In this document: positions 61,545 to 64,000 of the stretch, in pieces
Numbering within the stretch: position 1 is the first letter of the stretch
Layout of the letters: each line of letters opens with the position of its first letter
Source of the DNA: an uncultured archaeon
GTDB lineage: Archaea > Asgardarchaeota > Lokiarchaeia > Sigyniarchaeales > SOKP01
Assembly (NCBI GenBank): GCA_964486045.1
Contig: CAZALK010000008.1
Location: forward strand, 64,001-128,000
DNA length: 64,000 nt
Direction of reading: 5' to 3'
The notes under the pieces: generated by a model
Seen by the model: only the letters and a program-made list of their open reading frames with translations
The model's database searches: none
Told to the model about the DNA's origin: nothing
Position numbers and translations under genes: made by a program

Positions 61545-62972
61545 ATGATGTCAGCACCATTAGAAAAACTGTTAAGAGATGCAAGAATAGATTTAGTTTT
61601 ATCAAGAATTGAAAAGGATCCAACAGTTATTAATGAAGTAATTAAGAATTTAGATAGTGATATTAGATCTATTAAATTCAATTCCATTAATGTTTTAGGG
61701 GAATTAGGCCAACAATCAGCAGATGCGATCCCAAAAATAATGAGTTGCTTAGAAGATGAGGATTGGAGCATATGTCGGGAAGCAGCTCGATCCTTGGGTA
61801 AAATTGGTGATAGCGCGAAAGAAGCAATACCACAAATATCAAAAATGTTAGAAGATCCAGAAGAATCGATCCGAAAAGAGGCTGCGATTGCTCTTGGTAA
61901 AATTAGAAAATCTACACCCGAATCAATTTCTAGTTTAATTAAAGCAGTAGATGACGATAGTGATACTGTCAGAACTGAAGCAATAAAAGCACTTGGAGAG
62001 CTAGGGCCGGATGCGTATGAAGCCATTCCTTCTATAATGAATGGACTTAAAGATGTAAGTTGGACAGTTAGAACTGCCTCAGCTCAGTCAATTTCCTTGA
62101 TTGGTAAAGATTCTACTAAAGCTATTCCAAGTTTGATAAATGCAATTGACGATGCAGATTGGAGAGTGCGCAGTATGGTTATAAATGCCCTTGTAGAGGC
62201 AGGGGAATCGGCAATTCCACCGTTAGTTGAGATTTTAAAACTTAAAAATGATTTAGCAAGAAAAGAAGCACTAGATTGCTTAGGAGAATTGAAAATTACC
62301 GACCCTGAAATAATTGCAATTATTTCACAATTATTAAACACTAGCTCTGAACATGTTAGGGGAAAAGCAGCAGATGCTCTTAGAAGTATTGGTACCCCCG
62401 CTATTCCCGCTTTATTAAAGGAATATAAAAATGTTAAGTCTAAAATGAAAGTTGCTATCATTTCTAGCATTGGAGGGATTGGTAAAGAAGCTAAGGAAGC
62501 AACACCTACGATCATTAATATCTTAAATATTCCGGAACAAGAGAAAGAATATAGCGCCTCAGTTCCCAATAGGATAAAAAGAACATTATTAGCTTTTTTA
62601 AATGATCCGCTAGGAAAATCAGCCTCGATTAGAGCAGAAGCGGCACGAACGTTAGGTAAAATAGGAACTGATTCAGAAAATTCTGTAACTTCACTTGAAC
62701 TTGCTTTAAACGATCCAAAAAAAATTGTACGTCGTGAAGTCGCACTTTCTTTAGGTAAATTAGGCACAATAGCCAAAAGTGCAATCCCATCTCTGATAAT
62801 AGCATTGAAAGATGCAAATCCAGATGTGAGATGGAGATCCTCTGAAGCACTAGGAGTAATAGGAGTAAATACAGAAGAAGTTATTTCTAGTTTAGATACT
62901 CTTATACATGATAAATGTGATTATGTATGTGAATCTGCAATAACTGCACTTGATACTTTAATGGAAGAATAA
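61545..62972 (+). CDS. HEAT-repeat (PBS lyase-type) protein
   Basis: Repeated D....VR..AA.ALG.IG...AIP.L..L units across the whole protein. Confidence 0.9.
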   Translation: MMSAPLEKLLRDARIDLVLSRIEKDPTVINEVIKNLDSDIRSIKFNSINVLGELGQQSADAIPKIMSCLEDEDWSICREAARSLGKIGDSAKEAIPQISKMLEDPEESIRKEAAIALGKIRKSTPESISSLIKAVDDDSDTVRTEAIKALGELGPDAYEAIPSIMNGLKDVSWTVRTASAQSISLIGKDSTKAIPSLINAIDDADWRVRSMVINALVEAGESAIPPLVEILKLKNDLARKEALDCLGELKITDPEIIAIISQLLNTSSEHVRGKAADALRSIGTPAIPALLKEYKNVKSKMKVAIISSIGGIGKEAKEATPTIINILNIPEQEKEYSASVPNRIKRTLLAFLNDPLGKSASIRAEAARTLGKIGTDSENSVTSLELALNDPKKIVRREVALSLGKLGTIAKSAIPSLIIALKDANPDVRWRSSEALGVIGVNTEEVISSLDTLIHDKCDYVCESAITALDTLMEE

Positions 62973-63050
62973 CTTTAATTAAAATTAACTTTTTTTAAGA
63001 ATAACATATTATTTAAAATTGAATTAAAAATAAAGAGGTCTTTGAATAAA

Positions 63051-64000
63051 ATGAGTGAAAATCCATATGCGGCAAAACCTTGGTTAGCGCATTATGATGA
63101 AGGTGTACCCCATGAAATCGAGTTTCCAGAGATGAATGTCTATGAATTTCTCGATAACTCCACAAAGGAATTTGGTGGTAGAACTGCGATTTGGTTTATG
63201 AAAAATAAAATTTCCTATAAGAAATTTAAGGATATTACTGAAAGGTTAGCTACTGTACTTGTAAATTTAGGAGTGAAAAAGGGTGACGTTGTTGCTCTAA
63301 TGTTACCCAATATGCCTCAATTCATGTTTAGTTTTTATGCTATCCAAAAAGCAGGAGGAATTGTCACAGCCTGCAGCGTGCTTCACACTGAGCACGAATT
63401 AGCTTACCAGTTAAATGATTCTGGTGCTGAGATTATCATTGCATGGGATGCTCAACTAGAGAAAATTAGTCTCATTAAAGATAGGACACGCCTCAGACAT
63501 GTAATAATTACAAACGTTTTTGATTATGCTCCGCTGGCAAATCCATTAGGCCAAAGTGAACCACCAGAAATAGCGGACACTAAACAACTTTTTAATCTAA
63601 TTAATAATACAAAACCTAATCCCCCTAAAATTGAGACATCTGCTAGTGATATAGCAGTTCTCCAATACACAGGAGGAACAACGGGTTTACCTAAAGGAGC
63701 AATGCTTACACACGGTAATTTAGTAGCAAATTGTTATCAGATGTATGAATGGACAAAAGGTGTAGCGGAAAGAGGGAAAGCTACAGCACTTACAACTCTA
63801 CCATTATTCCATATCTATGGAATGCAAATTTGCATGAATTTATTCATTTTTAACGGTTTTACCATCGCGTTACATCCTGATCCTCGAGACCAAAAGGGAT
63901 TGTTTGAAGTCATTAAAGCAACCCATCCTACTTTTTTTCCTGGGGTACCTACGATGTATATGCGTTTATTAGAACGTGATGATCTTGAAGACTATGCTAA
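63051..64000 (+). CDS. fadD: long-chain-fatty-acid--CoA ligase (partial, runs off the right edge; not in track)
   Basis: MSENPYAAKPWLAHY, KGDVVALMLPN, LQYTGGTTGLPKGAMLTHGN, LPLFHIYG, PGVPTMY. Confidence 0.9.
   Translation, partial: MSENPYAAKPWLAHYDEGVPHEIEFPEMNVYEFLDNSTKEFGGRTAIWFMKNKISYKKFKDITERLATVLVNLGVKKGDVVALMLPNMPQFMFSFYAIQKAGGIVTACSVLHTEHELAYQLNDSGAEIIIAWDAQLEKISLIKDRTRLRHVIITNVFDYAPLANPLGQSEPPEIADTKQLFNLINNTKPNPPKIETSASDIAVLQYTGGTTGLPKGAMLTHGNLVANCYQMYEWTKGVAERGKATALTTLPLFHIYGMQICMNLFIFNGFTIALHPDPRDQKGLFEVIKATHPTFFPGVPTMYMRLLERDDLEDYA

Noticed and set aside
61364-62850. Long antisense ORFs (220, 230 and 73 aa) opposite the HEAT gene
   Set aside because: Shadow frames of a repetitive, clearly real + strand gene. 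The same applies to other antisense track ORFs such as 13227, 19322, 36374 and 59972.

Overview
AT-rich archaeal chromosomal DNA, most likely from an Asgard archaeon (Lokiarchaeia-like). The basis is a tRNA with BHB-type introns, GGTG/AGGTGA ribosome-binding sites, an AbrB-PhoU regulator, and repeated 'FWGHCSNLQAW' domain proteins of the kind expanded in Lokiarchaeia. Layout: (1) 0.1-7.2 kb is an accessory block bracketed by a 40-bp direct repeat. It holds a methyltransferase, a decayed beta-helix surface protein, a GT4-glycosidase fusion, a GH130-wHTH fusion and a ParB-like gene, and ends at a tRNA-Thr(TGT) with two non-canonical introns. (2) 7.6-13.7 kb is a phosphate locus (AP-superfamily hydrolase, phoU, DUF47-pit-DUF47). 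(3) 13.1-36.1 kb is a 23,024-bp island between two diverged direct copies of the promoter plus 5' part of the DUF47 gene, with no visible integrase. It carries five proteins sharing one conserved domain fused to different LRR/TPR/Zn-ribbon modules, a 5'-truncated 1939-aa giant protein, a wHTH gene with a 4x22-bp palindromic repeat array, an HExxH protein and many small orphan ORFs. (4) 37.5-64 kb is mostly metabolic: enoyl-CoA hydratase, Fe-S protein, GPH transporter, aminotransferase, VOC protein, GH4, a 3155-aa almost entirely hydrophobic membrane protein, a liv-type ABC operon, a HEAT-repeat protein and a partial acyl-CoA ligase. All calls were made by eye from motifs; no database searches were run.
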